Shown: in pieces, positions 1-13,384 of the stretch
Numbering within the stretch: position 1 is the first letter of the stretch
Layout: each line of letters begins with the position of its first letter
From: Eledone cirrhosa
Lineage: Eukaryota
Assembly: GCA_964016885.1 (NCBI GenBank)
Contig: OZ024742.1
Coordinates: forward strand, 118,978,001 to 119,042,000
Direction: 5' to 3'
DNA length: 64,000 bases
Position numbers and translations under genes: made by a program
The notes under the pieces: generated by a model
Seen by the model: only the letters and a program-made list of their open reading frames with translations
Told to the model about the DNA's origin: nothing
Databases searched by the model: none

Positions 1-383
1 ATATATGAGAAACTTACTTTCAAATGTGTATATATGAGAAACTTACTTTCAAATGTGTATATATGAGAAACTTACTTTCAAATGTGTATATATGAGAAAC
101 TTACTTGTATATATGAGAAACTTACTTTCTAATGTGTATATATAAGAAATTTACTTTTAAATGTGTATATATGAGAAACTTACTTTCAAATGTGTATATA
201 TGAGAAACTTACTTTCAAATGTGTATATATGAGAAACTTACTTTCAAATGTGTATATATGAGAAACTTACTTTCAAATGTGTATATATGAGAAACTTACT
301 TGTATATATGAGAAACTTACTTTCTAATGTGTATATATAAGAAATTTACTTTTAAATGTGTATGTATCAGAAACTTACTTTCA
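1..383. repeat. 29-bp minisatellite (atatatgagaaacttactttcaaatgtgt) overlapping the PRPF39 exon donor, truncated by the window edge
   Basis: 14 units counted, including the one carrying the real donor. Two 21-bp short units and repeated variants define a higher-order block of about 195 bp. Confidence 0.95.
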
Positions 384-543
384 ACCAAAAATCTTCATAC
401 AGCGCAGTTGCTATTAAGCATCTTTCAAAGAGAACAACAACTCTCTCATGAGTTCCAAATTCAATTTCAAAATCTAAATAATCTTTCCAGTTCTTTAACT
501 GTGATCGTTCTAAAGGTTTAACATGGAAATAAGGCCGTTTAAT
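379..543 (-). CDS. PRPF39: PRPF39 exon ([26 protein letters not shown]...ALYEDFWLK); gene continues beyond window start
   Basis: ttttcag| and AAA|GTAAGT, 165 nt; [11 protein letters not shown] is the Prp39 signature. Confidence 0.96.
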
Positions 544-639
544 CTGAAAATTGATAATCAAAAGTTAGATTGCATTTTATATAAATCACAAATTCAAAAT
601 ATATTCCTAATTATTTTTGAGAATAACAGACACTTCACT

Positions 640-1005
640 AGAAATAATAGTTTCTGATTTAGGCACAAGGCCAACAATTTTGGGGGAGAGAAAAGTCAAT
701 TAAGTTGAACCCGTAAGGATGAAAGGCAAAGCTAACCTTGGCAGGATTTGAACTCAGAACACAACTCTATGCTACAAAGCATGATGTACAACGCTCTACT
801 GATACTGCCAATCCACTAGTAATAATTGCTTCTACTTTTGGCACAAGGCCAGCAATTATCCCAGTGCATTACTGGTACTTTATTTTATTGACCCCATATG
901 GATGAAAGACAAAGTTAACTTCGGCGAGATTTGAACTCAGACCGAAAAGGGCCGTAACTCTATGCTGCAAAGCATGGCGTCCGACTCTCTACCGATACTG
1001 CCAAT
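640..1005 (-). mobile_element. Two tandem copies of the same SINE family
   Basis: ggcacaaggcc...gatgaaaggcaaag...gatttgaactcag...gatactgccaat occurs twice. Other partial copies lie near 10740-10920, 40460-40556, 41778-41890, 42830-43010 and 62850-63010. Confidence 0.82.
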
Positions 1006-1451
1006 GTTGCACAGAAAGCAAACAGAATCAGAAATTTTTATTTGATTGAAGGGTTCAGCAACTGAGAAGTATGAATAACAGGAGTATTTTAAAAAAAAGA
1101 TGGTCTAAATTCTAGGCAACATCCACCATATGAAAGTAAAATCATGTTCAGTACAATATTCTCTTATTTTCAGATCAATTTGCTGATTTTAAATCATTCT
1201 TTTAATATGCACAGTAATTCTTCCTCCTATTAACCCACCCTTTTTTAGTTTTACTTATTCAAATTCTTTAATAGAAAAAACTCATGGTTTAAATTATTAG
1301 ATTGCAACCATGCTGTGTTACCGTCAAAATGATAGTTTAGAAATCGGCTAAAATACAACTATTAGAAACTATTACAACTAAAGAAAATTTGATTTTTTAA
1401 AAAAATGGCTTAATTTCTAATAATGATTTTCATATAAATCAAAACACTTAC

Positions 1452-1562
1452 CCCTTCTTCAAAAGCCCACCGCTTACTAACTTCTTCTTCAGTTTCTTTA
1501 TGAACTGCTTGCCGAATTTCAATAATTTTAGCACGTAATTTATTGGCTTCAACTTCATCTGA
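1452..1562 (-). CDS. PRPF39: PRPF39 exon (SDEVEANKLRAKIIEIRQAVHKETEEEVSKRWAFEEG)
   Basis: gttctcag| and GGG|GTAAGT, 111 nt; EVSKRW.FEEG motif. Confidence 0.95.
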
Positions 1563-2697
1563 CTGAGAACAAATATTTATTTGATGGTTTGTACCCCAAA
1601 ATTTGAAATTTTTAGCAAGAAATGAAACAAAAGTGAGTTAAAAATACATCTGACAAAGTCGAACATTAGAGAAACTTACTAATGGCCACTAAAAAATGTA
1701 CCAACTGATTAGGCATTTGTGAAGGTATCTTAACTGGTATATAGATATTTTCAACAAGCCATATGAACATCCCCAAAAATGTATGCAACTGATTAGGCAC
1801 TTGCGAGGGTAACATAGTTGGTATATAAATATTTTCAACAAGCCATATAAACATCACTCATCAAAACGTATTAATTACATATAGATTTCTTTGTACATTT
1901 CGTAATGAATGATGAATCCTTCTCCTTTATGCTTATTTTCATTTTAAAAGCCATATTTCTTTGTTTCATATCTATATGTTTTAATAGTGATAGTTAAGGG
2001 GAAAAAAAAGCTTTCATCATAAATTTATAATTTTTGTCTTTATTTCTCATTCTCTTCTACAGACATATCTTATTACAGGTATCACTTTGGTTCTGTTACA
2101 ATAATGACTACATTGTATATGACAGTGTTCAGTCATCTATATTTAGAAGACAAGCTGATCTGTCTGCCTGTCCCGTCATGACATATATGTAACAGGGAGA
2201 TAACCCCTGTCACAACATATATGTAGGAGGGAAGAAGGGGAGGACAAAATGCTGTTGTTGAGAGAGAGTGTGCATGTATGAAAAAGATGGATCGTTTATG
2301 ACATCAGAATGAAAGTGATAAAAAATAGACTTAAGTGAAAGTCTGTCAATACTTTCATTTCTGTGGTGTTAACACTACCTCCTATCTATCTTTTACACAC
2401 TCTCTCCCAACAACAACTTTTCATTCCTCCCCTTTTCCCACCTACATATAGGCATGAAAAGTTGTGGAGAGAGAAAGTGTGTGAAAGATAGATAGATAAT
2501 TTAAAGTGTAATTCACAATACAGTGATGGAATAATAACAAAGGTACGTACAGCACATGAGTTCCGGCAGCATAGTGACAGGGTTTTACTAGTATCTTATA
2601 GCAGGTATCACTTATACATGATTGAATGTGTTCAGTCATACATTAATACAGATATGACTACATTACACATGATTGACTATGTTCAGTCATATCTTAT

Positions 2698-2870
2698 AAT
2701 AATAATGAAATTATTGTGTAGTGCTCAGGTGCACTACAACTCATCAAAGGTGCATGTACAGTACATAGAATAATGTTCAAATGTCAGGAGAATGAATAGT
2801 GCATGAGTCATGAAATACATGTGTGTGCGTGTATGGAGGGGGGATATTACAGGTATCACTTTGGTTCTGG
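2698..2870 (-). mobile_element. Diverged CR1-family 3' fragment
   Basis: aataatgaaattattgtgtagtgctcaggtgcactacaactcatc is the same 3' UTR reversed. Confidence 0.75.
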
Positions 2871-3201
2871 TACATAACTACATTAATAATCTTAAGTTGC
2901 TTAATTACAGCAATAAAAACCATTTGCATTTTGTGATTCATAATGTAGAACTTTTAAAAGTAAAATTTTGGACAATTTCAAATTATCAGGTATGAAGCCT
3001 TGCGGAATGAAAGAATAAAAATAGAAGACTGGATAAGGATCTAATTTACCAAAAACGTTAATACCACCACTAATCCATTAAAACCCACATCAATACAAGG
3101 TATTTTGAGGTTTCTAGATCACTGTATGTATCAGGTTTAGAATAGGTAGCCCATGTCATAAAGGGCAACTAAAAGGATTCATGTCAGTAAAAAGATTGCT
3201 T

Positions 3202-3477
3202 CATTCACGCTTAGAGTTGCTGAAGAATGGAACAAACTGCCTGCGTCAGTTGTTAGCTGCCGAGACACTGCGTCATTTAAAACCCTCATGCTTCCCGAAA
3301 TTCGCCAAAACTACACTTGATGTCCCCCTTCCATACACATGCACACACGTGTATATCATGACTCATGCACTGTTCATTTTCCTGACGTTTGTACATTACC
3401 CTATGTACTATACATACACTTTTGATGAGTTGTAGTGCACCTGAGCACTGTACACAATATTTTCATTATTATTATTA
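3202..3477 (+). mobile_element. CR1-family 3' fragment
   Basis: Matches the last ~270 nt of the 25830-27461 copy, including the attattatt tail. Confidence 0.88.
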
Positions 3478-3657
3478 AAAAGACCCCTATTTAGTTTATC
3501 ATGAGGCCTCCTGCAGAGCTAATTCCTGCTCTAGTAAGGCACACAGCTTTAAATAGTGTGTGTTGTGACATTTTTAATAAGCATATGTTGACATTTTAGA
3601 ATATCTATAATATTTAGAATATTTATAAGAGCATGCAAAGAAAAAATATAAATATAC

Positions 3658-3841
3658 CTTTCCACCTTCGCTCTCTACACCTGGAGGTGCTTCATCAGTT
3701 AAATGCTGATCATCAGGACCATCCTCCTCTTCAGCAGAAGAGCAATCAGATCGTTTCGCTAATACTTCTTCTCTCAATTTGAAGAATTCGTCAAGAGATA
3801 GGATTTCTTTGGGGTGATGACTATTTATAAAGGATTTGAAA
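3658..3841 (-). CDS. PRPF39: PRPF39 exon (FKSFINSHHPKEILSLDEFFKLREE...PPGVESEGGK)
   Basis: ctcttcag| and AAG|GTATAT, 184 nt, phase 2/0; matches the acidic linker exon of PRPF39. Confidence 0.92.
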
Positions 3842-5699
3842 CTGAAGAGAAAAACGAAAAACAAAAAAAAGACAAATTCTGTTTAGTATATCAATAAATA
3901 AATTGCATTTGTTAAATATAAAATTTAATGGAAAGGGAAAGACAAAGAGATGGGATTTATATTTACTGTATTACCATCTCTCTTGTATAGGCTCCCTGTT
4001 GTCATTTTCCCTTCCTCTTATATTGTCAAAGAATCAAGTTCTAGATTTATATTCTGAACCAGACTGCTCTCCTCAAATCACCCTTGGAATCAACTTGGCT
4101 ATAGGCTCACCCCTTTCCATGTAGTGATTTCTGATATGGAAAAAAAAATAAGCAAAAGTTTTTATACTATGTCAAGAATAAAATTATCTCTAGTAGATCT
4201 AATGTGCAACTTCAGGAATATGATGTATTTAATGTGCATTTTTAATGTTTAACGTTTTATTATTTAGCTAAGTGTGCAGTTTGTTTCAGAGATTTATCGT
4301 TATAGTATTAAACACACTATGGTCTAATTCTTGCAGCTAGATTTAGCAAATATAGCTATTCTGATAATTGTGATTTTCAGTAAATTTTACTGAAAAAATT
4401 ATATACATAGTACATAAATATATATTCTTTCATGAGTTGAAAACTACTATAAATGAGGAAACCTAATAACATTTACATGATTTAAGAAGCGCAGGCTTTA
4501 ACTAAATTACCCTTTTCCCACTAATGATAATATACATAAATTTGCAGTTAAAATGGTACAAAAAAAAAAAAAAGCAATCTTTTTAGGGTTGACAATTAAT
4601 GAGATACAATATTTTAACTCATGATTCAGAAGTCGAATTCCTTATAACTCTTGAAGATTTGATTATTAAATTAGTAAGCATAAAGAAAGCAATAATGAAT
4701 GCAGAAGAAAATTGGCACTTTCATATATTCTTTTAGTTTTAACAGATGAATAAAATTTAGTTATGTAGGAATGGGCCTAGAGATAATGTAAATGTCATTC
4801 TTTGTAAGCAATTATAATTAAATTAATTTCTATCTAAAAATATTTTTACTTGAAGAAAAAAAAAAAAAAAATGTTAAAATAGAAGCAATAGAAGAGTCAT
4901 GACGTTTTAGTTTATAAATACTCCCAGGTCTCGAATACCCCCCCCCCCCCGCCCCGCCTATTAATTTTAAAGATTTTTTTTCCAACCCCGCTCCACTCTT
5001 ATTCCAATCCCCACACTTATTAAATTTTGTTAATCTATCTCTGGCAAAATTTTATTTTAAGTAGTAGCATTCCTGTGATAATTAATTTTCTTTAGACATT
5101 AAAAAACATTATACATGACAAAAAAAGAACATTACAAGAAATCTCATACGTTATAAAATAAATAGGAGGGGTTAGGGTTTCAATATGTAAACTAAACAAC
5201 TAATTCTGGATTTTAAAAAAAAATCGAGAGACAACATAAAAATCATCGATTTTCCAATCCCCCTGCTTATTCCAACCCACCCTATTATTTGGGAACCAAG
5301 AGGATATACTTATAGATATATATATACATACACACCTATACATATACAAACAGACATATATAAATATATATACATACACACCCACAAACGTATAGATAGA
5401 TATATATATACACACACAAATATATGTATACAAATATTCGCATACACAGATGCAATTTGGTTTTGTACTATTGCCATCTTCTTAGTGAGACAACTAAAGA
5501 AGTTCTTGACTAAGAGTAAGTCACTATACTAATCTGAAGAAGGCCTTTTACAGAGTACTTTATAAAATGGTGGTCGCTGATAAAACTAAATGTAGGCTTG
5601 TGAGAGTTATGTAAGTTATAGACAGAGAATTTGCCAACAAGGAATTAAGCATGTAGGTAGGTAGGTGTTATCAGGACATGGTTCGCAGACAATAAAAAA

Positions 5700-6716
5700 A
5701 AAAATTATGACTCTCTACCTGTGGGAACTCCTATATGTCGACAAAATGAATTTGTTGAAGATTTAGAGACAAAATACTTAACACAGAAGCAAAGCCTAGA
5801 ATCAAAAGGCCTCAAAGCAAATCTAACACAGACATATTTTAGTTACCAAGAAGGAAGGCAGGACTGTATAAACACATGGGAAGTGGCTATGTTTAGTATA
5901 TAGATAAGGAACAGATAGGAATTCCATAAAGTGCACCCAATGAAAACTATGAGTACACAAGAGGTGTAGTAAGATTACAGGTAGACTGAAAGAAGTATGT
6001 AGCAGATGTACAGGTGTAGTAAGATAACAGGTAGACTGACAGAAGTATGTAACAGATGTACAGGTGTAGTAGGATTACAGGTAGACTGACAAAACTATGC
6101 AACAGATGTACAGAAGTAGTTAATTATAAGCGTACTAGTCAAATATATTCTTTCAAATCCTCAAAAGATTCTCTAGAATTAGTTGATAGATTTGCTATCG
6201 AAGTTACCTAATTAGCAATGGAGATGGATGTTCAAGTAAAATTTGGATTGGAAAAGTAAAGGATGTTATTTACCTCTCTGCTAGTAACAAGAGGATTCAT
6301 GATGCAATGTATAAAGTGTAATGTTGCATGGTAGCAAACAATGGGTAATGGATGTAAAATATACATAAAGGACAGAAAGAAATAAGGCAAGCATAATGAA
6401 TGTGTAATGTGAGTGTACACGAATGACAGAGAACAGATGAGTTATGAGAAAAAGTGGGTATAAGAAGAATCAGATGCAATGTGTAAGAGAGGAGACCATG
6501 CTAGTGCAGGTAATATATGTATGGTGGATGACAGCTGGGTAAAGAAATAACTAACACACAGGTGGAAGGAACTTGTGGATGAGGAAAAGTGAGGAAGATA
6601 TAAGAGGCTGAACATCATGAAGGAGATAATAAAGGATTACAAGTTGTGAGATACAATGGAAAAGAAGACTTGTCCAATCAATGCAAGCATAGAAGATTGA
6701 ATTTAAAAATGATGAT
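5700..6716 (+). mobile_element. Highly decayed RTE LINE 3' portion with an internal 50-bp triplication (5961-6120)
   Basis: LESKGLKANL similarity to the 10945-12560 copy; ends gcaagcatag...aatgatgat. Confidence 0.7.
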
Positions 6717-7309
6717 ATGCCAATATATACAAACTAACATATACACACAAAACATATCCAGCCCATATTGTAAAGTGGTTGTGTAGGTGTCACGACAAAA
6801 CATATCCAGTCCACACTGTACAGTGGTTGTGTAGGTGTCACGACAAAAAGCACCCAGCCCTCATTGTAAAGTGGTCATGTAGGAGTCACAATGAAAAGCA
6901 CCCAGCACACACTGTAAATGTGGTTGGTGTTAGGAAGGGCATCCAACCGGAGAAACCTAGCCAGTTCTATATGAGTCAGACACGGTCACCTGACCCAACC
7001 TGCCTCAAATGGACATTAAATGATTATGATGATGATGGTTCTCCAAGAACATTACCAGTCCAAAAAAGGAGTGACTAATGAGCATGAGATTGGAGAGAAG
7101 TGAATGTGGGTGTGTGCTGAACAATTGCTAATGAATAAAGCTGTGCTGTCTGTAGTTACTCTTCTAACTAAAAGCACAATGGTTGGTGTTATAAAACTTT
7201 AAAAAAATAAAATAAATACAAAAATGAGAAAGTCTAATTCTAATTTATTTGGGTATTAACTTCTTTGGTGAGTCTTAAGATCTGCACTGAAAATATTTAC
7301 AATTTTTAA

Positions 7310-7850
7310 GAAGAAGCTGGATTTTCAGCTGATATAGGGATGAAATTTGACCAAAAGGAATGTTTATGCTTGTTAGTTGATCATGGCATGATTTCCAATG
7401 AAAAATATTAAATCAATATTCCTCCCCCACCATCTGTTTCACATAATGAATTATATAAGTACCTGAGCAGTGATGAAAATGTATCATATAAAGGTGCGAT
7501 AAAGAAAGTGTGACCATAGAGCATGGCCAATCTTATGACTGAAACAGGTAATTGAAAGATTACTACAGACTTAAAAAAGAACTTTCCTCTTACAAAGTAA
7601 TATCCACGTAATGCATTTTCAGTATCAGTACTGACACCAACAATTTAGATACATGAGTGGAATATAAAGGAAATTTGCTCTACTGATATTAAAACTTATA
7701 TTTTGACATCAACAGGAAACTTCTATAGAAATATTGATATCAAAAGTATATCTCAGGAGTTAAAAGTGGGAGATGAGTCTATGGTCGATCCTTTGAGTGT
7801 TGTATGGTAATCATTCAGACAACATCTGCTAAATAACAAACCAAGAGCAT
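7310..7850 (+). mobile_element. Very decayed R4-like non-LTR RT fragment
   Basis: FSADIGMKFD..EC, YKYL and NAFSVSVLTPT-like remnants with many stops. Confidence 0.45.
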
Positions 7851-8112
7851 AAAACTGAGGAGAGCAACGTCTTATGGGTCAGGTCTAGAAATAATAATAA
7901 AGAACACATTGACCAAAGGACAAATTGATTAAAACAGTCAAAGTAAAGGTTAAATATTCATTGAAATTTTAATATTAAAAAAAAAATTTTAAAAAAAGGC
8001 AATTTTTTAAATTTTAAAATAATGCAATGATTTATTAATGTTTAGATCAACCTTCATAATTTTTTATGAGTTCTAGAATTTAGGAACTGTTAATATCATC
8101 ATCATCGTTTAA

Positions 8113-8301
8113 CCCTTTAGCATTCACATTACTCTATATATATTTTCATGGTAAATGCTTTATCTCACATAATATCGAATCTATGAGATTTTGAAAGTAT
8201 TTATTTTGAGAACAATACCTTAACATCAGTTTGAGTGACCAGTTACAGCCAGTTTCAACAGAAAAAGGTAAAGAATTCTGGCCGGTTTGAACATTAAAGG
8301 G
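8113..8301. mobile_element. piggyBac-type MITE nested in a SINE tail
   Basis: TTAA|CCCTTTAGCATT...CATTAAAGGG|TTAA. Confidence 0.8.
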
Positions 8302-10094
8302 TTAAGGTCCATCTTCCACGCTAGCATGGGTAGGACTATAATATATATATATATCAGAATTAATAGATTATATATAATCTACACATAAAATCTGCTCAAG
8401 TATCAATCAAGTACTAGTATCCACTGAATTGTTCTGGTTGTGAACCTACTTATGTTAGAAATAATTGTTACAAAAACACAAAATGGTGTCATGATCTCAG
8501 AGCATTGAACATAATTATCAGTGTTACTGAATTACATCCCTTTATAGATCTATGAAATAAGTACTGGTCAAATTATTGAGTATTTCTAATTGACTGTGCA
8601 CCATCTATTTGTGAGGAGACTCTTGCCATAGCCCAATGTAAAGTGGAGTGAATCATGCTTGGCATCAGCTTACATAACAGGAAGAGCAACACCTCGATTC
8701 AACAGCAGATTGGCGTGAAGGACATAATTGAAACCATTAAGAAGGGCAAACATAGATGGGCTGAGCACATCTCGTTTCAGAGAAAATAGTGGACACCAAG
8801 GCAGTGGAGAACAAGAGGGTGGCCAAAGGGTGCAATGATCTGACCCGATATCTTGGCCCCACATAGCCAGAGATAGGAAGTGGTGGAGGTCAACCAGGGA
8901 GGGGTTCCTCCAACAGGAGTGAGAAGACCCTGGATTTGTCTATAAAGTGCATGGTTGTGTGCCTATATCAGAAATTATTTCTATCACTAATAATGAAGTC
9001 AAAATATTTAAATATATATCCTGCATTGGATACCATACGCCCTCCCTGAAGATACTCACACTTAAAAACATCTGTCAGGATTAAGTTTCAATGTATTTCT
9101 ATTTATATGTATTTTCTTATCAAATAAAAAATAGCATGAAAATAACTTCAAAATATATTTCATTTAAAAAAAAGTTGTTTAACCTTTTTGCATTACTCTA
9201 TATATACCCGTTTAACATTACTCTATATATACTATTGTATTTTTACGGTAAACACTTATCTCACATAATATCGAATCTACAAGATTTTGATATTTATTTT
9301 GAGAACAATACCTTAACATTAGTATGAACAACCAGTTACAGCCGGTTTGAACAGAAAGTGGTGAGAGAATTCTGGCCAGATATGGCCAGTTTAAATGTTA
9401 AAACGTGTTAATTGTCATTTAATTCTGATATATTACTGTTTCTCTATGAATAGTCTTTTTACATATATGTCAATATATTTGATGAATGATACATATTTTT
9501 TTTAATTAATTTGTCTTTCTGGCAATGTTTTTTTTACTAATGTGATTTTGATGAATGTGTCTTGTCCCTATAGGTCATCAGATACCAGACTTGCTGGATG
9601 ATCATACCAGAACAAAAATCGGAGAGGGAGAGAAACACTCTACATACTAAAAAAAGGTTATAAATGGGTGTTTTCTAGGAACTTGAGAATGATACAAATA
9701 TTGACAGGATACTGGACTCAGACCCATTACACAATATCACATTTCAATCTACAATCAAGAGATACTTAATAAAAACCTGCTGAACCACCTGCTCACCAGT
9801 ATGCAGTTTTCTCTCTGCTTTTTCTATTGTTACTTCCACACGTTCAACCCACCAACTTATCTATCCTACAGTCTTTTCAGCAAACATTTTTGCTTATTCT
9901 TTCTTCCAAGAACTGCCACCCACTGGAATTGCTTCCTTGTCTATGAATTTCCTTAAAACATTGACCTACACTTAACTTAAGCTGAACATCAGCCACATCA
10001 ATCTGATCTCTCTAAAAGAGCTTGCAACAAATTGCAAGCAGGAAAAAGCGGACGTAAAATGATAATGGTGATGATGATGATATATGTGGTAGTA

Positions 10095-10580
10095 CAACAT
10101 GACAATAAACGTCCATCCCACACTGTAAAGTGGGTGTGTTGGCAACATGACAAAAACTTCCAGCCCAACCAGTAAAGTGGTCATGCTGGAGACACAACAA
10201 AAGTGCCCAATCCACATAGTAAAGTGGTTGTTTTGGTAACACGACAAAAGCGGCCAGTCCACACTACAAAGTAGTTGTCTTAGTACCATGACATAAGGCA
10301 CCCAGCCCACACCATAAAGTGGTTTTGTTGGCTTCGCAAAAAAAAGTGCCCAGTCCACACTATAAAGTGGTTATATTGGTATCATGACAAAAAGTGGCCA
10401 GACCACACTGTACATGTGGTTGGCATTAGGAAGGGTATCCAGCTGTAGAGACCAAGCCAGAAATGGTTTTGTGTGAGAAAGACACCATCATCTGATCTGA
10501 TTTGTCTCACAGCAGAGCAACCCGTCTAACCCATACTAGTGTAGAAAATGGATGTTAAATGGTGATGATGATGATGATAT
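10095..10580 (+). repeat. SINE body with an internal ~47-bp unit expanded about 7 times
   Basis: Repeated cacactgtaaagtggt...acgacaaaaagcacccagt followed by aggaagggtatccag and a (GAT)n tail. Similar arrays at 6750-7035, 19880-20140 and 28150-28595. Confidence 0.75.
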
Positions 10581-10944
10581 ATATATATTGTTATACTTTG
10601 GGAGGGTCATGTTGCCAATGATATATATATAGTTACTTGAGTAAGATATTAAATTATGAACCTTCGATATGTAAACATACAAGTAATTTATATATTTTGA
10701 TAGACTAAAAAAAATGCCTGTTTCATATTCATTGTTGGTAAAAGCAGTGAATTGGCAGTATCAGTAGAGTGACAGACACCGTGCTTTGCAGCATAGAGTT
10801 GTGTCCCTTTGCGGTCCGAGCTAAAATCCCCCGAGGTTAACTTTGCCTTTCATCCTTATGGGTTGATAAAATAAAAGGCACCAGTAATGCATTGGGAGTA
10901 ATTGCCAAAAGTAGAAACAATTATTGGTAAAAATATTTATTCTC

Positions 10945-12560
10945 CATTATCTCCTACTGAGGGACTAGCTATAAATGTTGACAGCAGTATAATAGATAAA
11001 GCAATTATGGACATGAAGGCAGGGAAAGCAGCTGGACTGTCCAGTATAGTTACTGAGATGCTAATAGCATCTGGCATGGTAGGATATGAGCTAGTCAGAT
11101 GAATAGTTAATCAAGTAGTACAGAATTGTGTCATAGCCAACAACTGGTGCAGCAGTGTCATTGTAAATTGCTATAAGGGTAATGGGGATGCACTAGAAAG
11201 AAATAACTATAGAGGCATCAAGTTAATGAAAGGTTTATAGCACAACAAATTAGGAACAGAATCAAGTTAGATGAGATGCAGTTTGGATTTATGCCAGGCA
11301 GAGATACTACTGATTCCCTCTTTCTAGTGTGACAACTACCGGAGAGGTAATTTGCTAAGAGTAAGCCACTGCACCAAGCATTTGTAGATCTAGAAAAAGT
11401 CTTTGACAGGGTTCCACACTCTATAATATGGTAGGCACTTAGGAAGCTATGTGTAGACAAATGGCTTGTAAGGGCTGTGCAAGCCAAGTATAGAGCAACC
11501 AGCAGAGTCATCATCACCATTTTATGTTTATTTTTCCATACTAGCATGGGTTAGACGAGTTGTCCTGTTGTGGGCAATGCCAGGTCAGGTGACCATATCT
11601 TGCTCATACAGAACTCTGAGAGCTGGAAATGAGTTTGAAGTGCAGGTTGGAGTCCACTAGGGATAAGTCCTCAGTTCACTCTGTTTATCATTGTACTTCA
11701 GGCCATCACTAAGGAGTTTAAAATTGGCACTCCATGGGAGCCCCTTTATGTTGGCAATCAAGTCTGGTAGGAGAGTTAGAAGGAAAAATTCAAGCATGGA
11801 AGAAGAACCTAGAGCTGAAAGGCCTAAAAGTAAATATAGTGAAGACGAAAGTCTTAATAAGTGGGAAAGAAGACAGGAAAATGACACCACCACGAAAGTG
11901 GCCATGCTCAATATGTCAAAAAGAGGAGGGTGGAAATTCCATAAGGTGCAAACAATGTAAAGTATGGACACATAAGAGGTGGTGGGACTGCAGGTAGACT
12001 AATGGAAAAGGTAGACTTTATATGTGGCAGATGCACAGGAGAAGTAAGCATAAAGATCACACGTAAAATAGATTCCCCCAGCTTTTGCTACCAAGGTGAT
12101 CAAATTAGTAGTGGGGGAGGATGCATTGAAAGTGTGATAGCTAGGATAAGAACAGGCTGGGAGAAGTTTATTGATCTATTACTACTGCTAACAACAAAAT
12201 GTTTTTTCTCTCAGAGTGAAGGGTATACTGTATGATACCTGTGTGTGAACTGCAATGTTACATAGCAGTGAAACATCGACCTAGACTGCAGAAGACCAGT
12301 GGAGGCTAGAAAGAAATGAGTCGAGTATGCTTCGATGGATATGTAATGTTAGTGTGCAAGAGCAGCATAGCAAATGCAAACTGAAGGAAAAACTTGGCGT
12401 AAGAGGAATTGGTTGTCCTGTTCAAGATAGAAGACTGTGTTGGTATGGCCATGTGATGCGCATGGAAGATAACAGCTGCATAAAGAAATGCAGAGAAACC
12501 CTAGTGCTGGGACTCATGAAAGAGGCAGACCCAGAAAGACATGGGAGGTGGTACACAGAC
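10945..12560 (+). mobile_element. Decayed RTE-clade LINE, interrupted near 11505-11620 by an inverted SINE/RTE tail
   Basis: KAIMDMKAGKAAG, QFGFMPGR.TTD, AFVDLEK.FDRV, GLKVNIVKTKV and RLCWYGHVMRMED across broken frames. Confidence 0.85.
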
Positions 12561-13384
12561 AGTCCAAACTGCACCAAAACTAATATGCAATTTTTGTAGA
12601 TGGCTTTTTAAAAGTATGTCTGGTCTAAAAAAGCCACATAAGATCTCATACCAAAACTAAGCATCGTGTATACTGGAGTGGTTGATCTTTGTATTCAGCA
12701 GACAACCAGTATATATGTTTGTGTGTTGAAACCAGTAAAAGTGTAAAGAAATGTATATAATTTTTCTTTATTTTGTGGACTGAAGTATTGTGAACTGTTT
12801 TACAGAGAAACTCATTATTCACCACCCTACGTCACTACTAAAAAGACAATTTAATTTTTCAACCTTCAAACAGGAATCCAAATTCTTTCTCATTAAAATC
12901 AAAACAGACTCTCCTGATGCATGAATTAATCACCTGAGTTTTCTTCTTAATCTGATGTTTATAATGTAGACTGAAGAAAACCATAATTTGGAAACATAAT
13001 TCTGTTTACCTTACACACACACAATGTGCTGTTGAGAATGAACATTTTATAAATCCCGTCTCTCCTTCCCTTTAAAGAAATAGATCCCCCCATACCCTAC
13101 CCATGAATTCTTAAGATAATAAAAGGATACACAAGTATAAGACAAGGATCCCACCTATTAAACACTGATGGCACATCAACATAGGAGGTAACAGCACAAG
13201 TGACCAGAGAATAGCAACTGCTCCTATCTATACTACACTCACCGTGTGCATTTGTAAGTGAGGAAATTATGCATGTAGCAATATTTCAAATAATTATTTC
13301 CAAATTTAAGCTAAGCAGTCTGAAAAGCAGCTGTAAAAACGTCTTGAAAACAAGTTGGTGAGTGAGGAGTTATGAGATGTATAT

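Noticed and set aside
1-383. CRISPR-like appearance of the 29-bp array (also the 38- and 64-bp arrays)
   Set aside because: The units are head-to-tail with no unique spacers, there are no cas genes, and the context is a eukaryotic intron.
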